From Octopus sinensis (taxonomy: Eukaryota), in NCBI RefSeq assembly GCF_006345805.1, contig NC_043022.1, forward strand, positions 21,452,001 through 21,516,000: DNA of 64,000 bases. Reading direction: 5' to 3'. Made by a program: the position numbers and the translations under genes. The notes under the pieces are model-generated. The model did not search any database and was not told the DNA's origin. It saw only the letters and a list, made by a program, of their open reading frames with translations. Below, piece by piece: positions 36,805-49,991 of this stretch (its first letter is position 1; every line of letters begins with the position of its first letter).

Positions 36805-37491
36805 TGAGTTGCAGGTACACTGTATTTTGTTATGCAACCATAATAATATACTACAAAGAATATTAAACGGTTTCATAAGTCAATACTGTGTCCTACTGTG
36901 TTAGAAGTGGTATTAAATCGCTCGTTAAGGTTATCTCTACAGATTTTCTATAGAAATTATGGCCAGCCTTGATTTTTTACTATGTTCCATATCTGAATAC
37001 ACCCAATGTAAACAACAATAAGATTCAAAGATGGAAAAATGGGTAATGGGTGTATATGACACGTTTCAGGAGCTCGTACTCCCTCATCAGCACCACATCC
37101 AACCCATTAACCATCTACGAAATTATTGCTTAAATAACCACCAAATATAGCAGGGTAATATTATTGGATGTACCAATTTTGCATATCAAACACATTCCTG
37201 GCAGCCGGTATGTACATATTAATGACCTGCAGGGACACCGTATTTTGTTATGCGACCATATACTACAAAGTACATTAAACAATTCATAAATCAATACCGT
37301 TTTAGCAGTACAATAAAACCACTTGTTAAGGTTATCTGTACAGATTTGCCATAGAAATTATAGCCAGCCCTGATTTTTTACAATGTTTCATATCTGAATA
37401 CACCTAATGTAAAGAACAATAAAATTCAAAGATGGAAAAATGGGTATATGCTATATTCCAGGAACTCATGTTCCCTCATCAGCACCACATT
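36805..37491 (-). mobile_element. Diverged tandem repeat (period about 392 bp), each unit carrying a hammerhead-like motif
   Basis: Colinear blocks at about 36812 and 37222; TCATCAG at 37084 and 37476. Confidence 0.7.
37052..37097 (-). ncRNA. Hammerhead-like motif with intact core and stem II but poor stem I
   Basis: CTGATGA-GGGAG TACGAG CTCCT-GAAAC-GT-GTC; second copy at 37445-37490 has GGAAT instead of GAAAC. Confidence 0.55.
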
Positions 37492-37841
37492 GAAATGGCC
37501 CAGTGGTTAGGGCAGCGGACTCGCAGTCGGAGGATCGCGGTTTCGAATCCCAGACCGGGCGTTGTTTGTATTTATTGAGTGAAAACACCTAAAGCTCCAC
37601 GAGGCTCCGGCAGGGGGTGGGGGGTGGCAACCCCTGTTGTACTCTTTTGCCCCAACTTTCTCTCACTCTTTCTTCCTGTTTCTTGTCCCCGACTTCCTAC
37701 GCAACTGCTGAGCCTGGATGCACATTCATCCATCCGTCGATGCTCTCAGTGTCAGGGAGTTGACCCGCTTTCTCTTCTGCGGGTCTTACAAATAGCAAAG
37801 GACCACGTTTCGGACTGCTTGCTTGGACCGCTCAACAGCAC
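37492..37841 (+). mobile_element. Family F SINE with a 12-bp TSD
   Basis: TSD CAGCACCACATT at 37480-37491 and 37842-37853. Confidence 0.9.
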
Positions 37842-38534
37842 CAGCACCACATTCGACCCATGAACTAATTGCGAGTATTTCTTACTTGTTTCAGTCATTA
37901 GACTACAGCCATGCTGGAGCACAGCCTTGAAGAATTTTTAGTTGAATGAATTAACCCAAGGACTTTTTTTTTAGAGCCTGGTACTTATTCTATGAATCTC
38001 TTTTGCCAAACTGCTAAGTTACAGGGATGTAAACACACCAACACCGGTTGTCAAGCAGTCATTGGGGATGAACACAGACACAAAGACATACACACACACA
38101 CACACACACACACAATGGGCTTTGTTCAGTTTACATCGACCAAAGCCATTCACAAGGCTTTGCTTGGCCCAAGGCAATACTAGAAGACATTTTCCCAAGG
38201 TGGGCCAAGGTGCCATGCAGTGGGACTGAACCCAGAACCATGTGCTTAAGAAGCAAGCATTTTACCACAAAGAAATGGACACTTATGAATGTGTGTATCA
38301 CACAGGCATCCTTAGTTGCACAGTCAAGATGTCGGCAAATTGGAAAGAAAAAAAAAACAAAAAAAACAAGTATTTAAACAGTTGATAGCAGAGAGTTTTA
38401 GTTCTTATTTATTCCTTTTAAGATTCATCAGAGTATAAAAAACAAATTTCATGCTTTGATAAATATGGATATGGATATGTTGTTCTCTATATAAAACATC
38501 TTGTAAGTTTTAAGTAATCAACAAAATAAAACAC

Positions 38535-38576
<42 letters not shown>

Positions 38577-38897
38577 CTCGCTGTATGTGTGTATACACAA
38601 ACACACTCACATACACGCACGCGCGCACATTTTTCTATAATTATTTTTTTTCATTTTCCTTATTTCAGTCAGTAGGCTGCGTCCATGCTGGGGCAGCACC
38701 TTCAAGAATTTTAGTCAATACTATCAACCCCAGCACTTATTATTTTTTTTCTAAAGCTTGGTGCTTATTCCATCGGTCTCTTTTTGCCAAACCACTAAGT
38801 TATGGAGATGTAAACACATCAATACCGGTTATCAAGTGTTGGTGGGGGGACAAGCACAGACACAAAGACTCACACTCGAATAATATATGTGTGTGTG

Positions 38898-38932
<35 letters not shown>

Positions 38933-38947
38933 ATAATATATATAATA

Positions 38948-39130
38948 GATCGTTAGCTCCTACACGGTTTTTTTTTCTCTCATTGTTTTTTTCTGTGTAT
39001 CTTTCTGTCGAAGAGCGTAGGCTCGAAACGTAAAAGACTTTTTCTATTCCTGAGCGCTATACTAATACATTTGTTTGTTTGTACTCCACCTGCCTTCGTC
39101 TTTTGTTTATTTTCGTAAACTTTCCCTTTA
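38948..39130 (+). mobile_element. Penelope-like non-coding piece in (TA)n with a hammerhead-like motif at 39000-39037
   Basis: TCTTT-CTGTCGA-A-GAGC GTAG GCTC-GAAAC-GTA-AAAGA. Confidence 0.6.
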
Positions 39131-39619
39131 TATATATATATATATATATATACACATACAGATATATGATTGGCTTCTTTAGGTTTACATACATATACAT
39201 ATATATATATAAATACAATGGGTTTCTTTCAGTTTCCATCAACCAAATCCACTCATAAGGCTTTGTTTGGCCCAATGAAATAGTAGAAGACACTTGCACA
39301 AGGTGCCACACAATGGGATTGAACCTGAAACTATACAGTCGCTTCTCAACTGCATGGTTCCACTTAACAGCTGTTGTTGATGTGTTTACATCCCCATAAC
39401 TTAGCATTCCAACCAAACACAACGATGGAATAAGTACTAGGCTTTACAAAGAAATAACAAGTTACGGGATCAATTCATTCAGCTAAAATTCATTAAAGGC
39501 TGTATCCCAGCATGGCATTGCTGCAGTGTAATGACTGTAGTGAGGAAAAGAAGAAAAAAACGCGTGTGTGTGTGAATGTATGTATATGTATGCATGTACA
39601 TAAACATATACATATATAT

Positions 39620-39822
39620 AGACCGCGTGTGTACTGTTGGCAATTTTTTTTCCTCTGTCTTCCCTTCTCTGGATCTTTCCTTTTCCTATGTTTCCGACGA
39701 AGAGCTCCGCTCGAAACATTAAACCCTCCTTCTTCCCTTCCTTCCTGAGCATCCAATAATACTATATTTGTTCTACTTCCTCGCGTTGTGTTCTCTCTTT
39801 GTGTTTTCATGTTTGGATTAAC
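39620..39822 (+). mobile_element. Penelope-like non-coding piece in (TA)n with a hammerhead-like motif at 39690-39724
   Basis: GTTT-CCGACGA-A-GAGC TCC GCTC-GAAAC-ATT-AAAC. Confidence 0.55.
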
Positions 39823-40436
39823 TATATATATATATATTATATATATATATATATAATTACATTATATAAAAGGGCTTAGTAAAATAAATTACTTTGCCGC
39901 ATACTGAACTCATTAGAAATAGCAGCTAAAAAAACTTTTTTAAAACTATTTCCAATACTTAAAGAAAACCTCTCTCATATAGTGTTTGCTCAATTCAACT
40001 CACACAAATATGGGGGTAGAGACATTAAAAAATCAAGTGCAAAGGTTATTTGAGAACGTACGTTTCAAGATTAGTCAAAATTCGACATTTCTATCATCAG
40101 CTCAGAACTCCCTGGTTTGGATTTGAAAACACTGAAAGTAGGAGCATACCCTTTCGGCTTCCTCTCGCTTCTGAAGATCTGTTCGTAACTAACAGTGCCA
40201 ACAAACTCAAAAATGCAAGCGAAGAATTTCTGCTCTCCCCTTTCCACCAGCGTGGGTTAAAATCAGTAAACACTATGCTTTTTTCGGTAAAATCCGCGGC
40301 ATTATATAGAGAGAGATGAATTATAATTTCAATAATTTGAATTCAATAATTTGAATTCGCCTTAAATGGTCCCTTTGCATACTGAATACTTGGTGAAATT
40401 GATTAATTAATTAATTAATTTTACCCTCAATTGTTG

Positions 40437-40489
<53 letters not shown>

Positions 40490-40775
40490 CACACACACAC
40501 AGGCACACTTGTAAACATATATTCATACACACATATATGCACATAACCTAGATAGAAATTATACCCACATGCCTGTGCACGCATATACTTTCATTCTCAT
40601 ACAAGCGATGACAGAACACATACTTGAACAACACATACATACACACAAAGCAAGGCCGGTAGCGATAGTTGCCAGGGGACCATATCACATAAGACTCTAA
40701 TGGCATAGAGATAAGTGGGTGATTAGAGAGGTGGAGAAAACATAGAGAATGGCTCTCTATCCCTCATAAAATTAT

Positions 40776-41178
40776 CTCTTTACTCTTTTACTTGTTTCAG
40801 TCATTTGACTGCGGCCATGCTGGAGCACCGCCTTTTAATCGAGCAACTCGACTCCGGGACTTATTCTTTTGTAAGCCCAGTACTTATTCTATCGGTCTCT
40901 TTTGCCGAACTGCTAGATAACGGGGACATAAACACACCAGCATTGGTTGTCAAGAAATGCTAGGGGGACAAACACAGACACACAAACACACACATATATA
41001 TATATACATATATACGACGGGCTTCTTTCAGTTTCCGTCTACCAAATCCACTCACAAGGCTTTGGTCGGCCCGAGGCTATAGTAGAAGACACTTGCCCAA
41101 GGTGCCACACAGTGGGACTGAACCCGGAACCATGTGGTTGGTAAACAAGCTACTTACCACACAGCCACTCCTGCGCCT
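40776..41178 (-). mobile_element. Family A SINE, full length
   Basis: Reverse complement of the family A consensus. Confidence 0.9.
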
Positions 41179-41483
41179 ATCACTGAAAAATTATTGACAA
41201 ATTTCAATATTCTTACAATTCAAACACTTAATGCTGTAAGATTGAAACTTTATGAAGATTTAATATTAATGAGCAATATGCACTGAATAATGATTTAATA
41301 TTGGTTTCAGAGTTTGGCACAAGGCCAGCAGTTTCAGAGAAAAGGGTCAGTCAATTACATCGACCCCAGTGCTCAACTGCTTTTTTTTATTTTTTAGTGG
41401 CCCTTGAAGGATGAAAAGTAAAGTCAAACTTGGCAGAATTTGAACTCAGAACATAAGGATGGATGAAATGCTACTAAGCATTG

Positions 41484-42104
41484 AGGCACAGGAGTTGCTG
41501 TGTGGTAAGTAGCTTGTTTACCAATCACATGGTTCCAGGTTCAGTCCCACTGCGTAGCACCTTGGGCAAGTGTCTTCTACTATAGCCTTCAGGCCGACCA
41601 AAGCCTTGTGAGTGGATTTGGTAGACGGAAACTGAAAGAAGCTCGTCGTATATATATATGTATGTGTGTGTTTGTGTGTCTGTGTTTGTCCCCCTAGCAT
41701 TGCTTGACAACCGATGCTGGTGTGTTTATGTCCCCGTCACTTAGCGGTTTGGCAAAAGAGACCGATAGAATAAGTACTGGGCTTACAAAGAATAAGTCCC
41801 GGGGTCGAGTTGCTCGATTAAAAGGCGGTGCTCCAGTATGGCCGCAGTCAAATGACTGAAACAAGTAAAAGAGCATATATATACATATATGTGTGTGTGT
41901 TTGTGTGTCTGTGTTTGTCCCCCCAGCATCACTTGACAACCAATGCTGGTGTGTTTATGTCCCCGTCACTTAGCGGTTCGGCAAAAGAGACCAATAGAAT
42001 AAGTACTGGGCTTATAAAGAATAAGTCCCGGGGTCGAGTTGCTCGATTAAAAGGCGGTGCTCCAGCATGGCCACAGCCAAATGACTGAAACAAGTAAAAG
42101 AGAG
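41484..42104 (+). mobile_element. Family A SINE with a duplicated 3' half
   Basis: Second half restarts at the internal (TA)/(TG)n at about 41873. Confidence 0.9.
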
Positions 42105-42849
42105 TAACTATTCTTCCAGCTCACCACCTTAAATAATAATTTAATATTAACATGAAATATGTACTGGATTATTAATAGATTTTAAGATATAGCAATATAT
42201 ATAAATATGGTACTAGTCTATGACAGAGTAAATATAAAGAGGGAAATGTAAAATTATTGAGCAATTAGATTGCATATTTAAGGAAATAGATCAATACAGT
42301 CAGCTTCATCAATCTTAGCTGCATGCCATGAACTGACCAAATATCATGTATTAATAATGGTAGCTGTCTTCGTGTTTAAATATTAGTTCAATGACGTTAG
42401 CTCTCTTTATGTTCAGATATCAGTTTAATAAGGGTATGTGACCTCCTTTTATTCCAAGAAAGTGGCAGTGGTAGTAGAAAAGACTACCGCTTTACATGTG
42501 GTGTCACAGTCACTATCAAACGAATGGCTGTAATCAAAATATACAGAAAACTGAAACCAATGTCAGAATAATAAAATATAAAAACAAACCGTTTCCAAGA
42601 AACAGATTAACATTTGCATGCAGAATAGCATTTTATTTTTAGTCTCTCCTGATTTTGTTTCAAATTTTGTTTAACTTGTCATTTAGGAATATATCTCGAC
42701 TAAAATACTAAGTGCTTAACAGTGCAAAATTAACACTCAGACTATTTTTGACATTATGCAATTTTTTTTTTTGTTTTTTCTTAATTCCTTTCTGATTGTT
42801 TGGTTGGATGACTGCCAGTATATTAATTATTTATATGAAATAGACCATA

Positions 42850-42885
<36 letters not shown>

Positions 42886-42954
42886 CCACAAGAATGGTCA
42901 CTGTGAACCTCTGGAGTTTTAATTTATTTTTCAACATTACCAATATTTTAGAGA

Positions 42955-43185
42955 GAGAAAGAGAGGGGGGAAGGGGAAGGGGAGAATGTGGGAGGGGGAG
43001 AGTGGTATGGGAGAGGCTGGGGAGGTGAGAGGAGTCGGGAGGTGAGAGGGGTAGAGAGGTGAGAGGGGGAGGGGTGAGAGGGGGTGAAAGGGGTAGGGAG
43101 GGGTGAGAGAGGTGAGGTGAGAGGGGTGGGGATTGAGAGGGTGGAGAGGTGAGAGGAGTGGGGAGGGAGAGATGGGGGAGATAAA
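42955..43185. repeat. G-rich purine low-complexity tract
   Basis: Recurrent GAGGTGAGAGGGG. Confidence 0.85.
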
Positions 43186-43613
43186 AGAAAGTGTCTATGA
43201 ATAAAATCGACATAAGAGAATGTGAATATAAATAATTGATTTAAGAGAGTATATGCCTTTATGTAAGAGTGAGTGCTTACGTATGTGGCAATTAAGATAA
43301 GGGAGAGTCTGTTTGAGTATGTTGTTGTTGTTGTTGTTTAGCCTCCAGTCAGCCCTCATTCAATAGATTTATCATTAAAATGAATGCAGATCCAGATATT
43401 ACATGTATTACAAGTAATATCCAGTCTATCTTTTTCTTTTTTAAAACAGGTGTAATTTACAGTAGATTTAGCTGCTATTTCTAGCAGGTCTAACAAATGA
43501 ATACAGCTATTCCTCTTGCTCGCCCATATTGAGTGCTGTAAGAGATGGAGTGACTGTATTTGATGACAGAGCAAAGAATATAAAAGATAGCATGTAATTG
43601 GTATCAAAAGAGG

Positions 43614-43770
43614 TTGTGTGTGTGTGTGCATGCATGGGTACATGTGTGTGCATGCATGTGTACATGTGTGTGCATGCATGGGTACATGTGTGTGCATGCA
43701 TGTGTACATGTGTGTGCATGCATGTGTACATGTGTGTGCATGCATGTGTACATGTGTGTACATGCATGTG
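43614..43770. repeat. 22-bp minisatellite GTGTGTGCATGCATGTGTACAT
   Basis: About 7 units; alternating purine/pyrimidine. Confidence 0.9.
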
Positions 43771-44041
43771 TTCCTGTAAGTGTGTGCAAGCACACAAATG
43801 CACATATATGCATCTAGAAGACCTGTCCTCCACAGCAGGAATGTTAAGGTGGCATCCTCAGGTGAAGAGGGTTGGCCTGAAAGAGTCCTGTGCCAGTGTC
43901 ACAAAAGTACACTTGTGCCAGCTGTACGTTAAAAGCACCCAGCACAGTCTATAAAGTGGTTAGCATTAGGAAGGGCAACCATCCATAGAAACCAAGCCAA
44001 ATCAGACTGGAACCCGGAGCAGCTTGCCAGCTCTGGTCAAA

Positions 44042-44457
44042 CTTATTTCTTTACTACCCACAAGGGGCTAAACACAGAGGGGACAAACAAGGACAGACAG
44101 ACGGATTAAGTCGATTATATCAACCCCAGTGCGTAACTGGTACTTATTTAATCGACCCCGTAAGGATGAAAAGCAAAGTCGACCTCGGTGGAATTTGAAC
44201 TCAGAACATAACAGCAGACGAAATACCTATTTCTTTACTACCCACAAGGGGCTAAACATAGAGGAGACAAACAAGGACAGACAAACGGATTAAGTTGATT
44301 ATATCGACCCCAGTACATAACTGGTACTTAATTTATCGACCCCGAAAGGATGAAAGGCAAAGTCGACCTTGGTGGAATTTGAACTCAGAACGTAACGGCA
44401 GGCAAAATATTGCTAAGCATTTCGCCCGGCATGCTAACGTTTCTGCCAGCTCGCCAC
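44042..44457 (-). mobile_element. Tandem family B SINE dimer inserted into a family C element
   Basis: Junction GAAATACC|TATTTC at about 44227; the family C sequence resumes at 44458. Confidence 0.85.
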
Positions 44458-45346
44458 AAACCATCCAACCCATGCCAGCATGGAAAACAGATGTTAAAGG
44501 CTGATATAAAGAACTGATATTTGAAACACCACACTTCAAAAGATAGTGTGTACCTAAACTGTAAATTCTATTTCTCATTCACTGGCTCCGGCCTGTCAGC
44601 AGTGGCCATAATTAGGCAAGCAAGATTTTTATCATCAGGTTTTTCAGAACCACCAACCATCTAAGCCGGAACTTGATTTGACATTGCTCAATTTGTGTGA
44701 TTAGAGAACATACATTTACAGCATGACAGGGTCATTAGCTATCTGTTTTAATCAAGTCTTCCCCATATTTTCTCTAATCTTTTATCATTTACTTGTTTCA
44801 GTCATTTGACTGTGGCCATGCAACGGCACTGCCTTGAAGAACTTTTAGTCAACTGAATTAACCTAAAAGATTCTTTCCTCCCTGAATTGATGAAATAAGT
44901 ACGAGTAAACTAAATGAGCTTGCTAAGGAGAAAATAAGCATAGAATCACTTTGTACCTCAAATGAAAAAAAGTGCATACAAGATCAGAAAGCAATATTTA
45001 TGTCTTGGTAACATGTAATCTAAGGCAAGCCTGCAAAGTGATGGATAAGAAAAAGGAGTGAATAAAATTAAACAGGATATTTTCTTTGGAGGATTGAAGG
45101 CTTAACATAGAAAGTGTGTATGTGATATGTCTTGCTGTTGGCCCACAGTCCTTACTCAACTGCTATCATATTTTGCCCATTTGGCATTTCAATTCCCTTG
45201 CAACCTTCAAATCTTCAGAATGAAATGTACTTAAATATCACTGAATTTATAATCCTTCTATGTGTACATGCCCTTTCCGGAAGATAACCTATATGTGTGT
45301 ATGTACACAAACACACACACACACACACAAACACCACACACACACA

Positions 45347-45393
<47 letters not shown>

Positions 45394-45881
45394 TATATGT
45401 ATAGATAGAAACAAGTTCAGGCACACATATAGATGTACACTAACACATCCGATCTAGCTTGCTAAAGAAAACCTTACAAACACATACACATACACACACA
45501 CACAATTGCTACCATTGTCCTCACATTCATCGCTCCCATCTTACCCAGGTAAACCATTTGTCCTACTTTCTCCTTTGTTATATAGTATAAAAGCACACAA
45601 ACAAATCACTTCCTCTCGCTGCTTCAACATATATATAGTATTATAAAGTTTCGTACTGCTTTAATATTGCTTCATATTCTCGTTATCTGTCCAATTCTCC
45701 CTACATTACTTTTAAACAACCATCACTGGAATCAGCATAATGGTAACACCCTCTCAGACCTTTGCTTCAATGAATTGACAAATATAAGATATAAGTTCTT
45801 TCTCCCTCTGGGTAAGATTCCACTCACACACAGCCACACATTAAGATCGGCATACCCACCACCTCTTTTTAAAATATTTTG

Positions 45882-46110
45882 AAATACCTATTTCTTTATT
45901 ACCCACAAGGGGCTAAACATAGAGGGGACAAACAAGGACAGACATAGGTATTAAGTCGATTACATCGACCCCAGTGCGTAACTGGTACTTAATTTATCAA
46001 CCCCGAAAGGATGAAAGGCAAAGTCGACCTCGGCGGAATTTGAACTCACAACGTAACGGCAGCCGAAATACTGCTAAGCATTTCGCCTGACGTGCTAACG
46101 TTTCTGCCAT
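45882..46110 (-). mobile_element. Family B SINE
   Basis: Reverse complement of the family B unit. Confidence 0.9.
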
Positions 46111-46278
46111 CAACCACCCAACACCCATTAACCTTTTTCATACCAACCCACCATAAAACTGCCTCTGGTTTTATGACAAAAAACTTCTAAATTTAAAATG
46201 GCCATATTCTACAATTTGTTATTAGAAATGTAGTATTTCAAGACAGGTTCTTCCTGTTCTCAGTTTCTTTTTCCCCAC

Positions 46279-46326
<48 letters not shown>

Positions 46327-46510
46327 TTCCCAAACTTCTTCTCAAACCTGCTATAATGTAATACATGTCTTTGGTGTGGTAATTGTACGCGGCTGAAGAA
46401 GGCTGTTGACCTACATGTTATATCAATTATGCATTGATATAAATTGTTCAATAAAACCAGAAACATATGTACCGCTAAATCCTTTGCATCCTGTTTTTCT
46501 TTTGATATAT

Positions 46511-46562
<52 letters not shown>

Positions 46563-47549
46563 TATAGAGACATATATATATATACACATGCACAAAGTAA
46601 GCACATAAATGTAAAACAAGGTGGAAAAAATAGTACATATATGTATGCATACACACACGCACGCACACCACACACACACACACACATATATATATACAAC
46701 TGCACCAAACGCACACACACATCTTCTGTTTTGCTTTAATCTCTAACTTGTAGTGGCTTTCTAAAGCACTTAATTGTGTTTTACAATGCTCCATATGAAC
46801 CATAGTGCTTTGATATCATTACTCTTGAGCCAGGATATATTTTATTTACTATTATGAAAGATATACCTAATCTATCAGGGAAATCGGCAAAGATCAACTG
46901 CCAGATTAATTTCCTAAAGCACTGTTATCCCTCACACAATCAGGAACATTCAATTACCTAAATGAACTATAAAAACTCCTAAATTTTTATATTCAATTTT
47001 GTGATAAAAAGGCTTCTTTGATGTTATATGAGGGGATTTTGAAAAGTTCCTGGCTTTAAGGGTATTGTGAAAGGCCTGGCTGGAGGCCCAACCTTCTGAG
47101 TTTTTTAACAGGGCTTAGAAAAACTGAAGGACCACTGCCATAAGTGTGTGAATCTGAGAGGGCAGTATGTTAATAAAATCATATTTAACTGATACTCATG
47201 TATTTTCTTTTGCCAGGAACTTCTCAATGCCCTTTTGTATATGATTCCATTCATACCAACAAGAGACTGTGTATCTGAAATGTAAATTTTCTAACATTTT
47301 TCTCACACATTTACTCAATGCTAGCACAATAAATTACCTGTAACCAAGAAATGTTTCACTCATAAATTCTTTTGGATTCAAAGTACCACTACACTGATTG
47401 TTCCACTCTGACAACCACAGCAAATCTGTCACCATAGATACAGTGTAGCCAAGTGTTCTTACTTAACCACTTGTCACAAACCTGAATGGATTTCTTTCAC
47501 TTTCAGAGCTGCAACTACTAACTTTGACCTAAAGTTCATCTAGAATTAA

Positions 47550-47770
47550 CCCTTTAACATTTAAACCGGCCATGTCCAGCCAAAAGTATTCTGCCTGTTT
47601 TATGTTCAAACTGGCCAGATCTGGTCTCTCAGACCAACCCTACAATATCGTTTTAAAAATTAACAGCTACCTCATCAAAATCTCATAGCTACAAGATAAT
47701 GCATGATTAGTTCAAAACAATGTGGATAAAAATGGATTAATTTTGGCAGAATAATGCAAACACCAAAGGG
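47550..47770 (+). mobile_element. P2 MITE, intact
   Basis: TTAA at 47546-47549 and 47771-47774 around CCC...GGG ends. Confidence 0.9.
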
Positions 47771-49147
47771 TTAAAGTCAAATCTGATATATAAACTAACG
47801 TTTGTACAATAACCTACCATTTGAAATAGACTTTTAGCTCTGAAATCCATTTCTTCAACTAGAATTCTTACTGACTTCCAAAAGAACCCACTCCACCTTC
47901 CCTGAATCCTAATCTTAATCTTAACCCTTTAGCATTGAAATTGGTCACATCCAACCCAATTATTCTACCTGCTTTATGTTCGAACTGACCAGATCTGACA
48001 TGTCACACCTCCCCTGTAATGCACCATGCTCCAGTCTGATTTGGCTTGGTTTCTACAGCTGGATGCCCTTCCTAACACCAACTACTTTACAATGTGTGCT
48101 GGGTGCTAACATGGCACTGACATGAGCGTTTTTAAATGGCACCGGCACAAGTGCTTTTTACGTGCCACTGGCACAAGACTCTCGCAACCCAAGAATAAAC
48201 AATCACATCATCAAAATCTCAAAGCTATAAGATAATATATGACTGATTCAAAATCATGTGAATAAATAGGTATTACATTTGACAGAACAATATAAACACT
48301 GAAAGGTTAAACTTTCTCGGCTTAAACATTTTATCTTTAATGCCTGACTGAAACCCTGCACATCATCTTCTAAGTCTCTCTAGGTCTCAATTCTTCATGC
48401 AAGGATGTCATATATCTATCTGCAAATGAAGGGATAGAATTTGCTGCATCAATAATAATAATAACACATGCAATGACCTGGATACTGAACACCGGAAGAA
48501 CAAGGTCACCAACCTCATATCAAGACAGCCAGAAAATATAATCAATATCACTTGGATAAATATTTCTAACTGTAGAGGATTCCTCAGCAAAATAAATGTG
48601 TTTTTTACACTGGAAATAGCCAACTTCCCAACTTCCCAACTTCTACCATCTCATTAAGACATCACAAGCCCAAACTGAAATTTTAAAAAAAAATTAGGCC
48701 CATCATTTCTAGCTTGGAAGCATCCTATTGAAACTATCTTGGCTTCTATCCAAAATCCTGGAAGATATATGCCTTACCTTCCCTAGAGATGTTAATAGCT
48801 CTAACAATGTCATTAAGAGACTTAACGAATTAGATTCTACACCTAAACATAATAGATATTTTAAATCTAGATATCGTTTCCATCTCTGTACCTGCTTTCC
48901 CGATAATCAACCTAATAACCACGAGCATCATTTCTTGCAGCCTCTTCTTGCTTCAGTCTTACATCTCCGTTGTGAATGGTACCTACTTCCACTTTGGTAA
49001 CTCCTCATACAAACAAACATCGAGACTAACCATGAGTTAAAGTCTATCATGTATGCTAACCATCACCACATACTGTATTTGATGGCCTATAAGACACACC
49101 TCTACAAGCTGTTATAGTCATCGTCGTCGTCCTCCTCCTCCTCCTCC

Positions 49148-49184
<37 letters not shown>

Positions 49185-49950
49185 TTAACAGTCCATTTCC
49201 TATGCTGGCATAGGTTGGAGAGTTTGACCAGAGCTGGCAAATGATGATGATGATGATGATGATTTTAATCATGAGAATTGCTACACAGGATGTAAAACTC
49301 ATATTTTTGGCTATGATATTTTGTATTGCTATGATCAGTACTTTGAATCACTGCTGCAATTCTCCAGGTTATCCAGAGGAAAGACTTCAATATACCACTG
49401 GCACAGGCTAGGCTTCCTCTGAGGAAATGTGTGTCCAGAAACTGTGACTATATGTGTACAGGTTTATATAGTGTTGCGCACAGCAGGTAATAAATGCCAT
49501 TCACAAACAGCACACCTGCATTTTAAAAAAAATTACTGAATTCATAGAAATACTTCTTTAGTCAGAAAAACACCTGGAGAGGTGTCATAACCAGGATATC
49601 ATAACCACCATCAAACACAAAGAATGAAATAGTGGAAATTTGAGGATTAAAGAGGCCATTCCTATTATCTAGCAATAAATAAGAGATGTGTAACACTAAT
49701 TTGTTAGCATAACACTATCAATCTATATATCACTGAGCTTCCCCTGCCATAGCCCACGTATATCTGATTCAGATCAGGATTAACTTAGTCTCCTTTTCCT
49801 CTAGCTAAGAGCCTTTTGAGGTTGACATTTTGTAATATAAGTTAAAAGTGTAAAAGCTTTGTTTTTGTTTTGCTTTTATTCTCACACTTTTATTTCTAAC
49901 TTGTACTGTTGTAGCTTTCAAAACTGCTTTTCATATACATACACACACAA

Positions 49951-49991
<41 letters not shown>

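Noticed and set aside
37795-37840. Minus-strand CTGTTGA...GTCCGAAACGTGGTC hammerhead-like string
   Set aside because: Stem II does not pair; it is more simply the tail of the family F SINE.
39850-40430. CpG-richer segment with an 89-aa ORF, possible promoter or exon
   Set aside because: It resembles from memory an octopus interspersed repeat, but it is single-copy here, so neither call is supportable from this window.
46390-46425. Possible further hammerhead (CTGAAGA-AGG..CCT-ACATGTT)
   Set aside because: GAAA is missing and there is no stem I; too degenerate to support.
48400-49080. Possible decayed RTE RT on the minus strand
   Set aside because: Only a vague EExxVEVG resemblance; too eroded to call.
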